A stretch of 64,000 nt of DNA from Candidatus Bathyarchaeota archaeon (GTDB lineage: Archaea; Thermoproteota; Bathyarchaeia; 40CM-2-53-6), in assembly GCA_963733055.1 (NCBI GenBank), contig CAVTBR010000001.1:256001-320000 (forward strand). The letters are read 5' to 3'. The notes beneath the pieces were generated by a model. That model searched no databases. It was not told the DNA's origin and saw nothing but the letters and a program-made list of their open reading frames with translations. The position numbers and the translations under genes were made by a program. Positions 19,694 through 30,379 of the stretch are shown here, piece by piece. Every line of letters starts with the position of its first letter. Positions within the stretch are counted from its first letter, which is position 1.

Positions 19694-20205
19694 TCGTGAA
19701 GAATCGTGCAAGATGATCGACGTCAGATAAGTTCGCGCTTCGAACGTCAGATAAAGTTTCTGCCACCAGATGACGGCAGTCTTGATTCGGAACGTGATTT
19801 TTCGATATCCCACGATCGCTAGTCGGCAACTCTACATTCCAACTACGAACCGCACAGGAGTGAATCAGAAAATCACTCTAGCGAACAGTTCAGCCAAGTG
19901 ATGATGGCTGTAGAAACCAATTCTTGCTTAGGGGAAGAAAAACGGGTTTTCCCGCGACTTCCCCTTCATCGCGTTTAGGCAGCACAGTTCTGGTCTGACT
20001 TTACGCTATTTATCAACTATCTAGATGAATGCAATTAAGCAGGTGAAGAGTAGGTGAGACACGCGATACACCTGACCGGAGGATGCTTGGAGACGATTCG
20101 AATGCGAATCTCTCGATTTTGCAATCGACTTCCATTGCAACCGAAAAGCCGAATCATTATTCTAGGGCTCTAAAGCATGGAACCTTAACGAGGGAGATTG
20201 TTCAG

Positions 20206-20904
20206 TTGACAAAGAAACTCTTTTGGGAGGACATGTACACGAAAGAGTTCAAGGCTAAGATAGCCTCGGTCGCAGACAACAAAGTCGTGCTCGATCAGAC
20301 CGCGTTCAATCCCCAAGGCGGTGGCCTTGTTGGCGATATTGGATGGTTGGATACTGCGAAGGTCGTCGACACCGTCAAGGGCAATGACGATTCCATCGTA
20401 CATCTGTTAGACTCGCCGGCAAATTTCTCCGTTGGAGCAGAAGTTCAAGGGAAACTTGACTGGGACAGGCGCTATAGAATCATGCGAATGCACACCTCTG
20501 CACACCTCCTCAGTTCAATCTTCCATAAACAAACCGGCGCGCTAATCACAGGAAATCAAATTCAACCCGATAAGTCCAGGCTTGATTTCAGCCTTGAAGA
20601 CTTTAACAGGGAAAGAATGCTCACCTACTGCAGCCAGGCGAACGAAGCCATCACCAAGAATCCCGCCGTGAAGACCTACTTCATGAAGAGGGAGGAAGCG
20701 ATGAAGATCCCGGGTATCACGAAATTAGCTACCGCTGCACCACCAGACGTGCAAGAGCTGCGCATCGTGGAGATTGAAGGTTACGATATTCAAGCGGATG
20801 GAGGCGTCCACGTCAAGAACTTGGGCGAGGTCGTTAAGATAGACCCTATGAAATTCGAGAACAAAGGCAAGAGCAACAGAAGACTATACTTCACCATCCC
20901 ATGA
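20206..20904 (+). CDS. alaX: Alanyl-tRNA editing protein AlaX
   Basis: LDQTAFNPQGGG, RMHTSAHLL, ADGGVHV; likely TTG start at 20206. Confidence 0.92.
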   Translation: MTKKLFWEDMYTKEFKAKIASVADNKVVLDQTAFNPQGGGLVGDIGWLDTAKVVDTVKGNDDSIVHLLDSPANFSVGAEVQGKLDWDRRYRIMRMHTSAHLLSSIFHKQTGALITGNQIQPDKSRLDFSLEDFNRERMLTYCSQANEAITKNPAVKTYFMKREEAMKIPGITKLATAAPPDVQELRIVEIEGYDIQADGGVHVKNLGEVVKIDPMKFENKGKSNRRLYFTIP

Positions 20905-20942
20905 CGGCGTCGGCCCGAATATCGTTCGCTTTGAAGACTCCG

Positions 20943-21197
20943 TTAACTGAAGACGGCGCGCCTCAAGACCATCTCAAGAGTATTCTGATCCGAAAGTGTT
21001 GAACCCCCAAGCCTAATGTTACCATTCACCTCGACAACTGGGATCACGTTCTTGTAACGTTCGTACAGCTCCGGACTCTCCGTTATGTCTCTCGTGAATA
21101 TTTCCAGAGGACCCTCAATAGCGAGTTCCCTTAGAGTGGATATTACGTTCTCGCATAGGTGGCAACCCTCTTTCGTGTAGACAACGACACTGGTCAT
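20943..21197 (-). CDS. Glutaredoxin-like protein (DUF836)
   Basis: VYTKEGCHLC...DI...IPVV. Confidence 0.85.
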   Translation of the reverse strand: MTSVVVYTKEGCHLCENVISTLRELAIEGPLEIFTRDITESPELYERYKNVIPVVEVNGNIRLGGSTLSDQNTLEMVLRRAVFS

Positions 21198-21297
21198 TCC
21201 ATTCACCGGCGGGCGCGTTTTAAACAATGATTTTCGGACATTGAACCGGAAAAGAAGGAGTAGAAAAAAGGTTTCGTTGGCCCAACCATCAAGTGTT

Positions 21298-21504
21298 TTA
21301 CTTGACGAGTTCGCCAGTTGCGAATCGTGGACCAACAGTGTTGATCTTGACCTTCACCTTATCGCCAGGCTTGGTTTGGGGGACAAAGACTACGAAGCCT
21401 TCGATCCTAGCGACTCCGTCGCCACGGCGACTGGTCTCCTTGATTTCAACTTCGTATTCCTTCCCTTCCTCGACTGGCTTATGGAAGGAGCGTTCATAGC
21501 TCAT
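21298..21504 (-). CDS. Single-TRAM-domain RNA-binding (archaeal cold-shock-type) protein
   Basis: KPVEEGKEYEVEI...RGDGVARIEGFVVFVP...GDKVKVKI; GAGGTG SD before ATG 21504. Confidence 0.92.
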   Translation of the reverse strand: MSYERSFHKPVEEGKEYEVEIKETSRRGDGVARIEGFVVFVPQTKPGDKVKVKINTVGPRFATGELVK

Positions 21505-21843
21505 GCGTTTCACCTCGACTTTTCGTTCGTTCAGCTAGTTCGTCGGGAGAAAACTGGCGCGTCGGAACGTTTCATTACGTATAAGACGGTCGGCTTCAGC
21601 CCGTACATCATAGCTTACAACACACTGACTTTGGTGAACTTAATAATCCTACCTGACCAATGGATGGTTCATTGCGCACGAGATTCGCCAACCATTGTTG
21701 ATGTGCACCACATCGTACACATTTTCTATCCACGTTTCGTTTTTTGAATCAGTCGATTCACGTAAGAAGGCTTTTATTGGCTGTCGAGCTTCTGCCGACG
21801 TTACCAACACTACCAGTATACTTTCACCGGAGGTGAACTACGC

Positions 21844-22170
21844 TTGACAGAACAAAAAACAGTAACAGAAAGACCCCCTTCCACCCGAGGCAATATTCCA
21901 TCCAACACAGTCCTTATTGGCCAAAAACCACTCATGAGTTATGCTACTGCTATCGTGATGCAAATCAACAGTGGCAGTAAGGAACTTTCCGTAAAGGCGC
22001 GCGGCCGCGTCATCTCCAAGGCAGTCGATGTGGTTGAGGTCTGCCGCAGACGCTTCTTCGAGGGCAAACTCGAAATTACGGGAGTCAACATTGGGACTGA
22101 AGTGCTAGGTGAAGAGGGCCAAACGAGAAACGTCTCCACGATTGAAATTAAGCTCGCGAAGAAGGCTTAG
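21844..22170 (+). CDS. albA: DNA/RNA-binding protein Alba
   Basis: VLIGQKPLMSY, KARGRVISKAVDV, NVSTIEI. Confidence 0.95.
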   Translation: MTEQKTVTERPPSTRGNIPSNTVLIGQKPLMSYATAIVMQINSGSKELSVKARGRVISKAVDVVEVCRRRFFEGKLEITGVNIGTEVLGEEGQTRNVSTIEIKLAKKA

Positions 22171-22211
22171 CCTTTTTGATTGTGGAAATCTAAAATCCTT
22201 TTTTCTTAACT

Positions 22212-24178
22212 TTATTTTTGAAGTTCAGGTCGAATCGCTTCGAAGTAGTCGAGCGATTCTGGGTTGCTTAGCGCGTCCCGGTTTGAGATGGGTTTGCCGT
22301 TGATGATATTTCTGACGGCGCTCTCTACCTTCTTCATGTTGAACGTGTACGGGATTGCTGGCGCATCGAGTATGAACGCCGGCACATGACGTGGTGAGGC
22401 GTTCTCACGGAGAGCTTTGCTTATCCTTGCCTTCAAGTCCTCTGTTAGATGTTGACCTGGCGACAGTTGAACGAAGAGTATGACACGTTGATCGTCTTTC
22501 CAGTTCTGCCCAATTACAAGGCTGTCAGCAATTTCGGGGAACTTTTCAACGATACTGTAGACCTCCGCTGTACCGATGCGAACTCCTGATGGCTTAAGAA
22601 CGCTATCTGAACGGCCTAGGAAGGTTACGCCTCCCGTATCGCTATGGATCACTACGTAATCGCCGTGTCTCCAAACATTCTTTCCCGCGGTAGCGTAATA
22701 GTTGAAGTAGGCTTCTTTGTACTTCTCATTGTTCGGGTCGTTCCAGAAGTAGAGCGGCATTGAGGGTGACGGAGCTTCGCAAACAAGTTCGCCCTCCCTG
22801 TCTAATACAGGGGTACCATCTTCATCATAGGCCTCGATTTTCATGGCCAGCCCGGGAGCCTGGAGTTCACCGGCATAGACTGGGAGCGTGGGGCTTCCTC
22901 CGGCGAAGCAGCCGTTGAGGTCTGTTCCGCCCGCTATCGAATTGAAATGCAAGTCTTGTTTAATTTCGTTGTACACCCACTCAAAACCCTCCTTGGAGAG
23001 AGGCGAACCTGTTTGCGAGATTTCTCTCAGAGAAGTGAGGTCGTAGGTTCGGCCGGGTTTAGCGTTCAAGCTTCGAAGATAGTTTATGTAACTTGCACTG
23101 CAACCAAAGATGGTTATCTTCTCCTCTTGGGTTAGCTGCCACATTCTTCCCCAGTCGGGATAATTCGGGTTGCCATCGTACAGAATTATGGTCGGCCCGA
23201 CCGCCAACGAACTCATGAGCCAGTTCCACATCATCCAGCTGGGAGAGGAGATGTACGTGATTCTGTCGCTTCGGGTGAGGTCGGAGTGAAGTAGGAGTTC
23301 CTTGAGATGGTTAAGCAGTACACCTGCACCTTGAACCATACACTTTGGTTTGCCGGTGGTGCCCGAAGAAAACATTACGTAAACCGGATGGTCGAAGGGC
23401 AGTTGCTCAAATTCAATATCAGTTGACTTTTTGCGGAGAGGAATTGATCGAACGGCACCGCACCTGGAATATGTTCAGCGGTTGATTCGCTGTCTACGTA
23501 TGATGCTACGACTACTTTTTCGATTGACGGAATCCCGTCGACAACTTTCTGGGCGTTCGAGATTGTGTCGAAGACTTGATTCTTGTAGAAGTATCCGTCA
23601 GCCGTGAAGAGAACCTTTGGTTCAATCTGAGCGAAACGGTCCAGAACAGCCATGGGTCCCAGCTCCGCACCGCAAGAACTCCAGAGAGCTCCCAGACTCG
23701 TAGCTGCGAGCATGGCGGTTGTTGTTTGAACAATATTAGGCATGTAAGCGCACACCCGATCTCCGCGCCGGACTCCCATCTCGCGGAGCGAAACCGCCAA
23801 ACGCGCAATCCGGTCGTAGAGTTCTGCGTACGTAACATGATCAGTCTTTCGCGTCTCTCCCCTAAATACGAAAGCTGTTCGTTCATCCTTGAATCGCAGC
23901 AGGTTCTCGGCGAAATTCAGTTGTGCACCGACGAACCATTTCGCACCAGGAAAGTTTGCAAGGTCATCGACGACCTGATCGTATCCCTTAGATGATCTAA
24001 TGCCTGCATACTCCCACATTGCGCCCCAGAAGTTTGGTATCGCCTCGATTGACCATTTGTAAAGGTCCCGATAAGACTCGAGCCTTACTCCGTATCTCTT
24101 GTTCACAAACTGAAGGAACGCAACCATGTTGGAACTATTAACACGTCCTCGCGAAGGAGTCCAAAGTAATTCTCCCAT
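22212..24178 (-). CDS. Acetoacetate--CoA ligase, split by a frameshift near 23430
   Basis: N-half (LLWTPS, WFVGAQLNFAENLL) and C-half (FSSGTTGKPK, GGTD, WRHGD, GVRIGTAEVY, KKVE) in two abutting ORFs. Confidence 0.9.
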
Positions 24179-24427
24179 GAGACATCCCTCTACAGGCTTG
24201 AGGTTGCTTACCAACTAGAGAGTAGAGTATGGTACCGGTGTGTTAGACCCCGTTATGTTTCAACCAAGGTTTAAATGATAGTGTGGCTTGTCGGCTTACA
24301 CGAACGGAAACCGTGCGGACGATAGAGAAGTTCTGCACAGCGAAACTAGAACGCGGTTATCCCGTAGCGCGGAAGCTTAGCTGTTCTGTTTTCTGAAAGC
24401 GGTTTACGTAGGAAACAAGAAATCAGA

Positions 24428-25603
24428 ATGCAAAAATTCGAAGAACTCCCGATAGCGGGAGAAATAGTTCAGAGTCTGAACGAAATTGGTCTTCGGGAAA
24501 TGTTCCCGATTCAGTCTGCCGCAATCCTTCCACTATTACAACGCAGGGATGTGATTGGACAGGCAAAAACAGGCACAGGCAAGACCGCAGCCTTCGGCGT
24601 ACCCATGGTTCAGGGCGTCGACAAATCACTGGACGCGGTTCAGGGGCTTGTTTTAGTTCCCACCAGGGAATTGGCAGTTCAAGTTGCATCCGACCTCAAT
24701 AAGTTCGGGAAGCATCTTTCGGTCAAGGCGCTCGCCGTCTACGGTGGCCAACCGATCTACGGCCAGATGGAGGCGCTTCAAAGAACAGTTCACATAGTAG
24801 TCGGAACACCGGGTAGGATAATCGACCATCTCCGAAGGGGAACCCTACTCCTCGACAACGCGACCTTCGTTGTTCTGGATGAAGCCGACCGCATGCTCGA
24901 CATGGGTTTCATAGAAGATATCGAATTCATCCTAAGCCGAACATCTCCCGACAAACAAACTGCGATGTTCTCTGCAACCATGCCCGACGAAATATTGTCC
25001 CTAGCCTCAAGAAACATGTACAACCCTGAGAAGATTTTGGTCAGCAGGGACGAAATTGCAGTTGAGGAGATCGAACAACTCTACCGACAAGTAGACCCCG
25101 AACGCAAGTTTCAGGCACTCTGCGACATTATGGACCAGAAGGCCGTCGACCGTGCTTTGATCTTCTGTTCAACGAAGATCGGAGCGGACCGTCTCGGATA
25201 CAAGCTAAGCAGAGTACGAAGAGACGTGGCAGTAATACATGGGGACCTCACGCAACCTCAACGAGAAAGAGCTTTGGAGAATTTCCGTAGAGGCCGAGTT
25301 CGATTCCTAGTCGCCACAGACGTTGCATCACGCGGACTAGACATTAGCGGCATAACCCATGTCGTAAACTACGACGTGCCCAGCGACCCACTGCTCTATT
25401 TCCATAGAATAGGGAGAACAGGGCGCGCAGGTGCAAGCGGAGTCGCAGTAACACTGGTCTCTCGCCGAGAAATGATGGACTTAAGACGCATCCAGAGCAT
25501 GACCAACACTAGGATGCATGAGTTACCCGACCTGTGGAACCGGGCGCCAGCAAGAAACACATCGGACTTTCATCGAGTTCCATTTGCACAGGCCACACAC
25601 TAA
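24428..25603 (+). CDS. DEAD-box RNA helicase
   Basis: Q motif, AKTGTGKT, PTRELA, DEAD, SAT, HRIGRTGR. Confidence 0.97.
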   Translation: MQKFEELPIAGEIVQSLNEIGLREMFPIQSAAILPLLQRRDVIGQAKTGTGKTAAFGVPMVQGVDKSLDAVQGLVLVPTRELAVQVASDLNKFGKHLSVKALAVYGGQPIYGQMEALQRTVHIVVGTPGRIIDHLRRGTLLLDNATFVVLDEADRMLDMGFIEDIEFILSRTSPDKQTAMFSATMPDEILSLASRNMYNPEKILVSRDEIAVEEIEQLYRQVDPERKFQALCDIMDQKAVDRALIFCSTKIGADRLGYKLSRVRRDVAVIHGDLTQPQRERALENFRRGRVRFLVATDVASRGLDISGITHVVNYDVPSDPLLYFHRIGRTGRAGASGVAVTLVSRREMMDLRRIQSMTNTRMHELPDLWNRAPARNTSDFHRVPFAQATH

Positions 25604-25645
25604 GGCTAACATTGAATAGACACAGCGTCAAACTGAAACCTGAGA

Positions 25646-25837
25646 GTGAAAAATACGCCAAGACAAATTAGAAACAGAAACGTTCGCTCCGAGATGAAAA
25701 CCTTAGAGTGCTTACGCTGCCATAAAATGGTCAGACTAGACGAATACAAATCCCACTTGTCCACCTGCGGCGTCGCACAACCACCTGCTGCGGCCCCACC
25801 TGCCCCGGAAGTACCCCAAACAAAGCAAGAAAACTAG
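25646..25837 (+). CDS. Small C2HC zinc-finger protein
   Basis: CLRC-x11-H-x3-C followed by a Pro/Ala tail. Confidence 0.55.
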   Translation: MKNTPRQIRNRNVRSEMKTLECLRCHKMVRLDEYKSHLSTCGVAQPPAAAPPAPEVPQTKQEN

Positions 25838-25852
25838 AAACGCTGTTTCCTC

Positions 25853-26815
25853 TCAACGTAGATACTCAAACTTACCCTGCTCGAAACCCAACGCAGTCTG
25901 AAGCCCCTCCATATCCGGACTATTCTCGTAATCGCCTCGAACCGATACGACTAGCGCCGCGCTGGTCGCCGCCGCGAGCAGGCTGTCTTTCAATTTCCAC
26001 CCCTTGAGTTGAGTCGCGAGAAAAGTTGCCGCAAACGAATCACCCGCCCCAGTCGCATCCTCTACATACGCTGGGATCATTGGTTGGGTTGCCACGTCCC
26101 CACCTGAACTAGCGTACGCGCCTCTTTCTCCGAGCTTCACGACCACTGTTTTGATCCCGGCTTTGTGAAGAATCCTCGCGATCTCCTCAGGCCTATCCTC
26201 GCCTAGAATAATCTTGGAATCGGGACCGCTTGTGAAAACGATGTCCGCAATCTTGCATAGCGGGAAGAGAGCTGAACGAGCTGCTTCAATGTTCCATAGC
26301 TTCAGACGCACATTGGTGTCTAAGGAAACCTGTACATTGTTTCTTTTCGCGGCCTTTACCGCAAAGAGCGTTGCCTCCCTAGCGCTGTCGCTGAGGGCAG
26401 GTGTGATGCCAGAAATGTGAAAGACCTTAGCAGACGAGACGAAATCCTCGTCAACATCGTTTGCGCTTAGTCTGCTTCCTGCAGAATTCCTTCGATAGTA
26501 GAATGCTTCGCTCTTGTCAAGTATTGGATAGCCGCGCTGAATGAAGAACAACCCCGTCGGGGCCCCTTCGTCAACCACCACATGTGATGTATCCACCCTC
26601 TCAGCCCTAAGTGCACCGAGCAAGAATCGACCAAATTCATCATTGCCAACTCTCGATATAATTCCGGAACTACACCCAAGCCTTGAAACACCGATCGCGA
26701 CGTTACCCTCAGCTCCTGCAGCATGCTTCTCAAACAACACCACGTCTCTAAGCGGCCCGCGAGTTAACGCATTCATTTGAACCATAATTTCGCCCATGCA
26801 CACCACTTCGGGCAA
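25853..26815 (-). CDS. PfkB-family sugar kinase (KDG kinase-like)
   Basis: AGAEGNVAIG, DTNVRLKLW, DATGAGDSF. Confidence 0.92.
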   Translation of the reverse strand: MPEVVCMGEIMVQMNALTRGPLRDVVLFEKHAAGAEGNVAIGVSRLGCSSGIISRVGNDEFGRFLLGALRAERVDTSHVVVDEGAPTGLFFIQRGYPILDKSEAFYYRRNSAGSRLSANDVDEDFVSSAKVFHISGITPALSDSAREATLFAVKAAKRNNVQVSLDTNVRLKLWNIEAARSALFPLCKIADIVFTSGPDSKIILGEDRPEEIARILHKAGIKTVVVKLGERGAYASSGGDVATQPMIPAYVEDATGAGDSFAATFLATQLKGWKLKDSLLAAATSAALVVSVRGDYENSPDMEGLQTALGFEQGKFEYLR

Positions 26816-26866
26816 AGCTTCAATCTCCTACGGAACGGCCTCTGAACGGAACCCACTATTCAAAAT

Positions 26867-27904
26867 ATGTATAATGAACAGAGAACTAGTAAACTAATTC
26901 CGGAGGGTTTCGGGTCGGGATCACTAAAACAGCTGGGCGAGCTTGAGGTAATCCGAGTCATAGAACGCTCTCTCGGTACGAGCCCACGAACTGTAGTTGG
27001 TTTCGGCGATGACGTCTCCGCCGTTAGCATCGCCAAGCATCAGGTCGCGGTACTGAAGACCGACATGCTGGTCGGCAGCACCGATGTCCCGCCTGGAATG
27101 AGTATGCGGCAGACGGCTCGCAAGGCCGTGGTCGCAAACGTCAGTGATCTGGCAGCAAAGGGCGTACGACCTTTTGCAGGAATTGTGGCCCTAGGATTAC
27201 CCGCGAGACTCACTCGGAGAGACGTGATGGAGATAGCTGCTGGGTTGGCCGGGTGTGCAAGGGAATATGGGTTCCCTTTGGTAGGCGGCGACACTAACGA
27301 ATCGAACGATCTTGTGATCTCGATCGCGTTGTTCGCACTCGCAGACGAGAGACGGATCATTCTGCGGTCCGGTGCTAGAATCGGCGATATTGTCGCGGTA
27401 ACCAATGACTTCGGAAATGCGTCCGCAGGTTTGAAAGCACTTCTGGAAAGGAGAATTCGCCCAGATAAGTTACCGCCCGCCTTGGCTAAAGCCGTTTACC
27501 ACCCTCGGGCGGAATTAGAATTGGGCCTGCGGCTCGCTTCCTCGAGAGCTGTGAGCGCGTCAATAGATTCTAGCGACGGCTTAGCCTGGAGCCTCCACGA
27601 ATTAGCGCAGATGAGTAAGGTGGGAATACAGGTTCAACACTTACCGATCAGTAAAGCCGCGAAACAGTTCGCGTTCGACTGCGGATACGACGCCGCTGAT
27701 CTAGCGCTATATGGGGGAGAGGAGTACAACCTCATAGTCACTGTCAGGCCCAACCAGCTTCGAATCGCTGAAAGGGCAGCTCGCGGAAGGTTGAAACCAA
27801 TCGGGGTTGTAACTCCGAGAGCTAGCGGTGTACGTCTCGTGATAAATGGACATGAAGTCAAGATTGCGATGAAGGGCTGGGAACACTTTCGACGACGGAA
27901 GTAA
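26867..27904 (+). CDS. thiL: Thiamine-monophosphate kinase
   Basis: GDD, ANVSDLAAKG, GGDT, DSSDGL, GGEEY, GWEHF. Confidence 0.95.
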   Translation: MYNEQRTSKLIPEGFGSGSLKQLGELEVIRVIERSLGTSPRTVVGFGDDVSAVSIAKHQVAVLKTDMLVGSTDVPPGMSMRQTARKAVVANVSDLAAKGVRPFAGIVALGLPARLTRRDVMEIAAGLAGCAREYGFPLVGGDTNESNDLVISIALFALADERRIILRSGARIGDIVAVTNDFGNASAGLKALLERRIRPDKLPPALAKAVYHPRAELELGLRLASSRAVSASIDSSDGLAWSLHELAQMSKVGIQVQHLPISKAAKQFAFDCGYDAADLALYGGEEYNLIVTVRPNQLRIAERAARGRLKPIGVVTPRASGVRLVINGHEVKIAMKGWEHFRRRK

Positions 27905-27940
27905 GTTAGAACATTCAGATAGGAAGATCGAGAGAGCGCT

Positions 27941-28579
27941 ATGACGAGGTTCAGGGTTCCGTACTATCAACAAAGCTCCGAGTTTAGTTGTGGTCCGGCT
28001 TGCGTAGTAATGGTGATGAAGCATTTCGAACCGCGCCTCGAAATTGGGAGAGGCCTGGAGTTCGAGGTCTGGCGTCAATGCAACATGATTGGCATAAAGG
28101 GTGCAGACGCTTACGGACTTTCCGTTCCAATGATCGATGCCGGATACGAAGTTCGCTTGGTGACTCAGCGCAGGCGAGTCATCGATCCTGCGCCTTGGAG
28201 GAGAAGATTGCGCGGGCTTTTCCCCGCCGAGGATATCGAACTTAGCTTATTCGGAATGAAACAGAACCAGAAGCGGGCACTACGCCGGCATCTGCAGGTT
28301 GCTTTCAAGCGACCTACAGTTGCCGATATCGTGAGAGGTGTTGGAGAAGGCTTTGTTCCTATTGCCCTCGTTCACATGGGAGTCGTGCATTCTTTGAACA
28401 TCCCACACTGGGTCGTAGTTACTGATGCAGACGAGACCTCTGTAGTCTTCAACGACCCCTATCCACCCAAAGGACGAAAAGGGCTAAGATTGCCTCACGA
28501 AAAATTCCAGAAAATACTTGATGATATCGGAGTGAGGATAGGGCTCAGTCCTTCAATTCTCTTCGTTCGCCGAAAATGA
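27941..28579 (+). CDS. Peptidase C39-like protein
   Basis: YYQQSSEFSCGPAC, HWVVV, NDP (Cys-His-Asp triad). Confidence 0.85.
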   Translation: MTRFRVPYYQQSSEFSCGPACVVMVMKHFEPRLEIGRGLEFEVWRQCNMIGIKGADAYGLSVPMIDAGYEVRLVTQRRRVIDPAPWRRRLRGLFPAEDIELSLFGMKQNQKRALRRHLQVAFKRPTVADIVRGVGEGFVPIALVHMGVVHSLNIPHWVVVTDADETSVVFNDPYPPKGRKGLRLPHEKFQKILDDIGVRIGLSPSILFVRRK

Positions 28580-28674
28580 CCATTACCAAGCGGGGTTTTG
28601 GTAGACCCACCATCGGAAACCAACAGTGAACCTAAAACCCTCCTAAATCCCCCCGGCCGTTCAGCTGAGAACAT

Positions 28675-30378
28675 TTGGATTTAACCCTTCGACTTGCAGG
28701 GGAGTCAGGCGATGGAGTCATCCTGGCTGGAGAGGTTTTGACATACACGATCTCCCGCATGGGTTTGAAAGTCTTCACATTCAGAGCATATCCATCCTCG
28801 ATTCGAGGCGGTCAATGTATGTATCAGATTCGGGCGAGCGACTGGCACGCCTATTCTCAAGGAGACACATTGGACTTACTCGTAGCATTCGACACGGAGG
28901 CCGTTTCATCTAACATAAAGGACCTGAAACCCGAGGGAGGTGTGGTATTTGACCAAGACCGAACCCCCAAGAACTCACCGCCCCTTCCAAAGCGAGCGTT
29001 TGGCGCGCAGTTCACATCGATCGCCAGAAATCAGCTTGCATTCCCCAAGGCTAGAAACTTGATCATTGCTGGGTACGTTGCGGGAATCATCGGCGTCTCC
29101 GAGGCAATCATGAAGGAGGTCGTGAATGCAAAATTGGGATCGCGCGGAACCGCCATTCTTGATAAGAATATTTCAGCAATCACGTTGGGGTTCAGCCTTG
29201 TCCCCAAAGAAACAATTCGAGCTATACCAACCGGAGAGGCGAACAAGGTCATATTATCTGGGAACGAGGCCATTGCTCTCGGCGCGATCGTAGCTGGCTG
29301 TCGATTCTACGGAGGCTACCCGATTACCCCCGCTAGCGACATCTTCGAATCGCTTGGAGAGCTTCTACCCGGAGTAGGCGGACGCGTTTTTCAGGGTGAG
29401 GATGAGATGGCGTCAATAGGTGCCGCGATAGGCGCATCCTACGCTGGAGTAAAGTCCATGACTGCAACTTCCGGTCCCGGATTCTCACTCATGACCGAGA
29501 TGATAGGCATGGCGTCTATGGCTGAGATCCCTGTTGTAATCGTCGACGCGCAAAGAGGCGGCCCCTCTACTGGATTACCGACCAAGACTGAACAGTCAGA
29601 TCTTAACCATGCACTCTTCGGAGGTCACGGCGACGTGCCTAGGATAGTGCTTGCGCCCGGAACTGTCGAAGACTGTTTCTACCAGACAATCCGAGCCTTT
29701 AACCTGGCAGAGCTGTACCAACTCCCAGTCATTCTATTGACAGACCAATCGTTAGCTCAGTGCACGGAGGGGGTGCCTCTACCAGACCTTGATAAGCTGC
29801 AAATTGTGAACCGTGATAAGGCCAACCTGGTTGACGATGGCAAGTTTCGCAGATATGCATTCACGCCTAATGGTGTGTCTCCGATCTCAACCCCCGGTGA
29901 TTCCCGAGGCGAGTACGTCGCGGAGAGCGCAGAACACGACGAGCGGGGTCGAGTCAACTTCGGTACCAACGCTCACTCCCAAATGACCGCGAAGAGATTC
30001 AGAAAACTAGAGACAGCCGAAAATGACCTTGCGGATGACCCACTCAACTTCACGATAGTCGACGACGAAGCGAAGCTGGCTGTGATGGGCTGGGGTTCCA
30101 CCCAGGGAGCAATCCATGAAGCTGTACTCAAAGCAAAAAAGAAACTCATTCGGGTCAAATGGATGCAATGCAAAATGCTTAACCCACTCCCCAGAAAGCG
30201 GATAAACGCCTTCCTCGAAGGAGTAGACCACACGCTGGTCCCTGAACTGAACTATACTTCGCAATTCGCCAACCTCTTACGCATGAATTTCGCAATCGAC
30301 CCAATCACGATAACAAAGACAGAAGGCACCCCCTTCACCCCAGGCGAGATAACCCAGAAAATAGAGGAGCTGTCATAG
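28675..30378 (+). CDS. korA: 2-oxoacid:ferredoxin oxidoreductase alpha subunit (gamma-alpha fusion)
   Basis: GESGDG, GYPITPAS, TATSGPG, QRGGPSTGLPT. Confidence 0.92.
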   Translation: MDLTLRLAGESGDGVILAGEVLTYTISRMGLKVFTFRAYPSSIRGGQCMYQIRASDWHAYSQGDTLDLLVAFDTEAVSSNIKDLKPEGGVVFDQDRTPKNSPPLPKRAFGAQFTSIARNQLAFPKARNLIIAGYVAGIIGVSEAIMKEVVNAKLGSRGTAILDKNISAITLGFSLVPKETIRAIPTGEANKVILSGNEAIALGAIVAGCRFYGGYPITPASDIFESLGELLPGVGGRVFQGEDEMASIGAAIGASYAGVKSMTATSGPGFSLMTEMIGMASMAEIPVVIVDAQRGGPSTGLPTKTEQSDLNHALFGGHGDVPRIVLAPGTVEDCFYQTIRAFNLAELYQLPVILLTDQSLAQCTEGVPLPDLDKLQIVNRDKANLVDDGKFRRYAFTPNGVSPISTPGDSRGEYVAESAEHDERGRVNFGTNAHSQMTAKRFRKLETAENDLADDPLNFTIVDDEAKLAVMGWGSTQGAIHEAVLKAKKKLIRVKWMQCKMLNPLPRKRINAFLEGVDHTLVPELNYTSQFANLLRMNFAIDPITITKTEGTPFTPGEITQKIEELS

Positions 30379-30379
30379 A

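Noticed and set aside
21241-21747. Long antisense/overlapping ORFs (for example 21241-21747, 30991-31518, 46607-47107, 34666-34989)
   Set aside because: Shadow frames of well-supported genes on the opposite strand, with no motifs of their own
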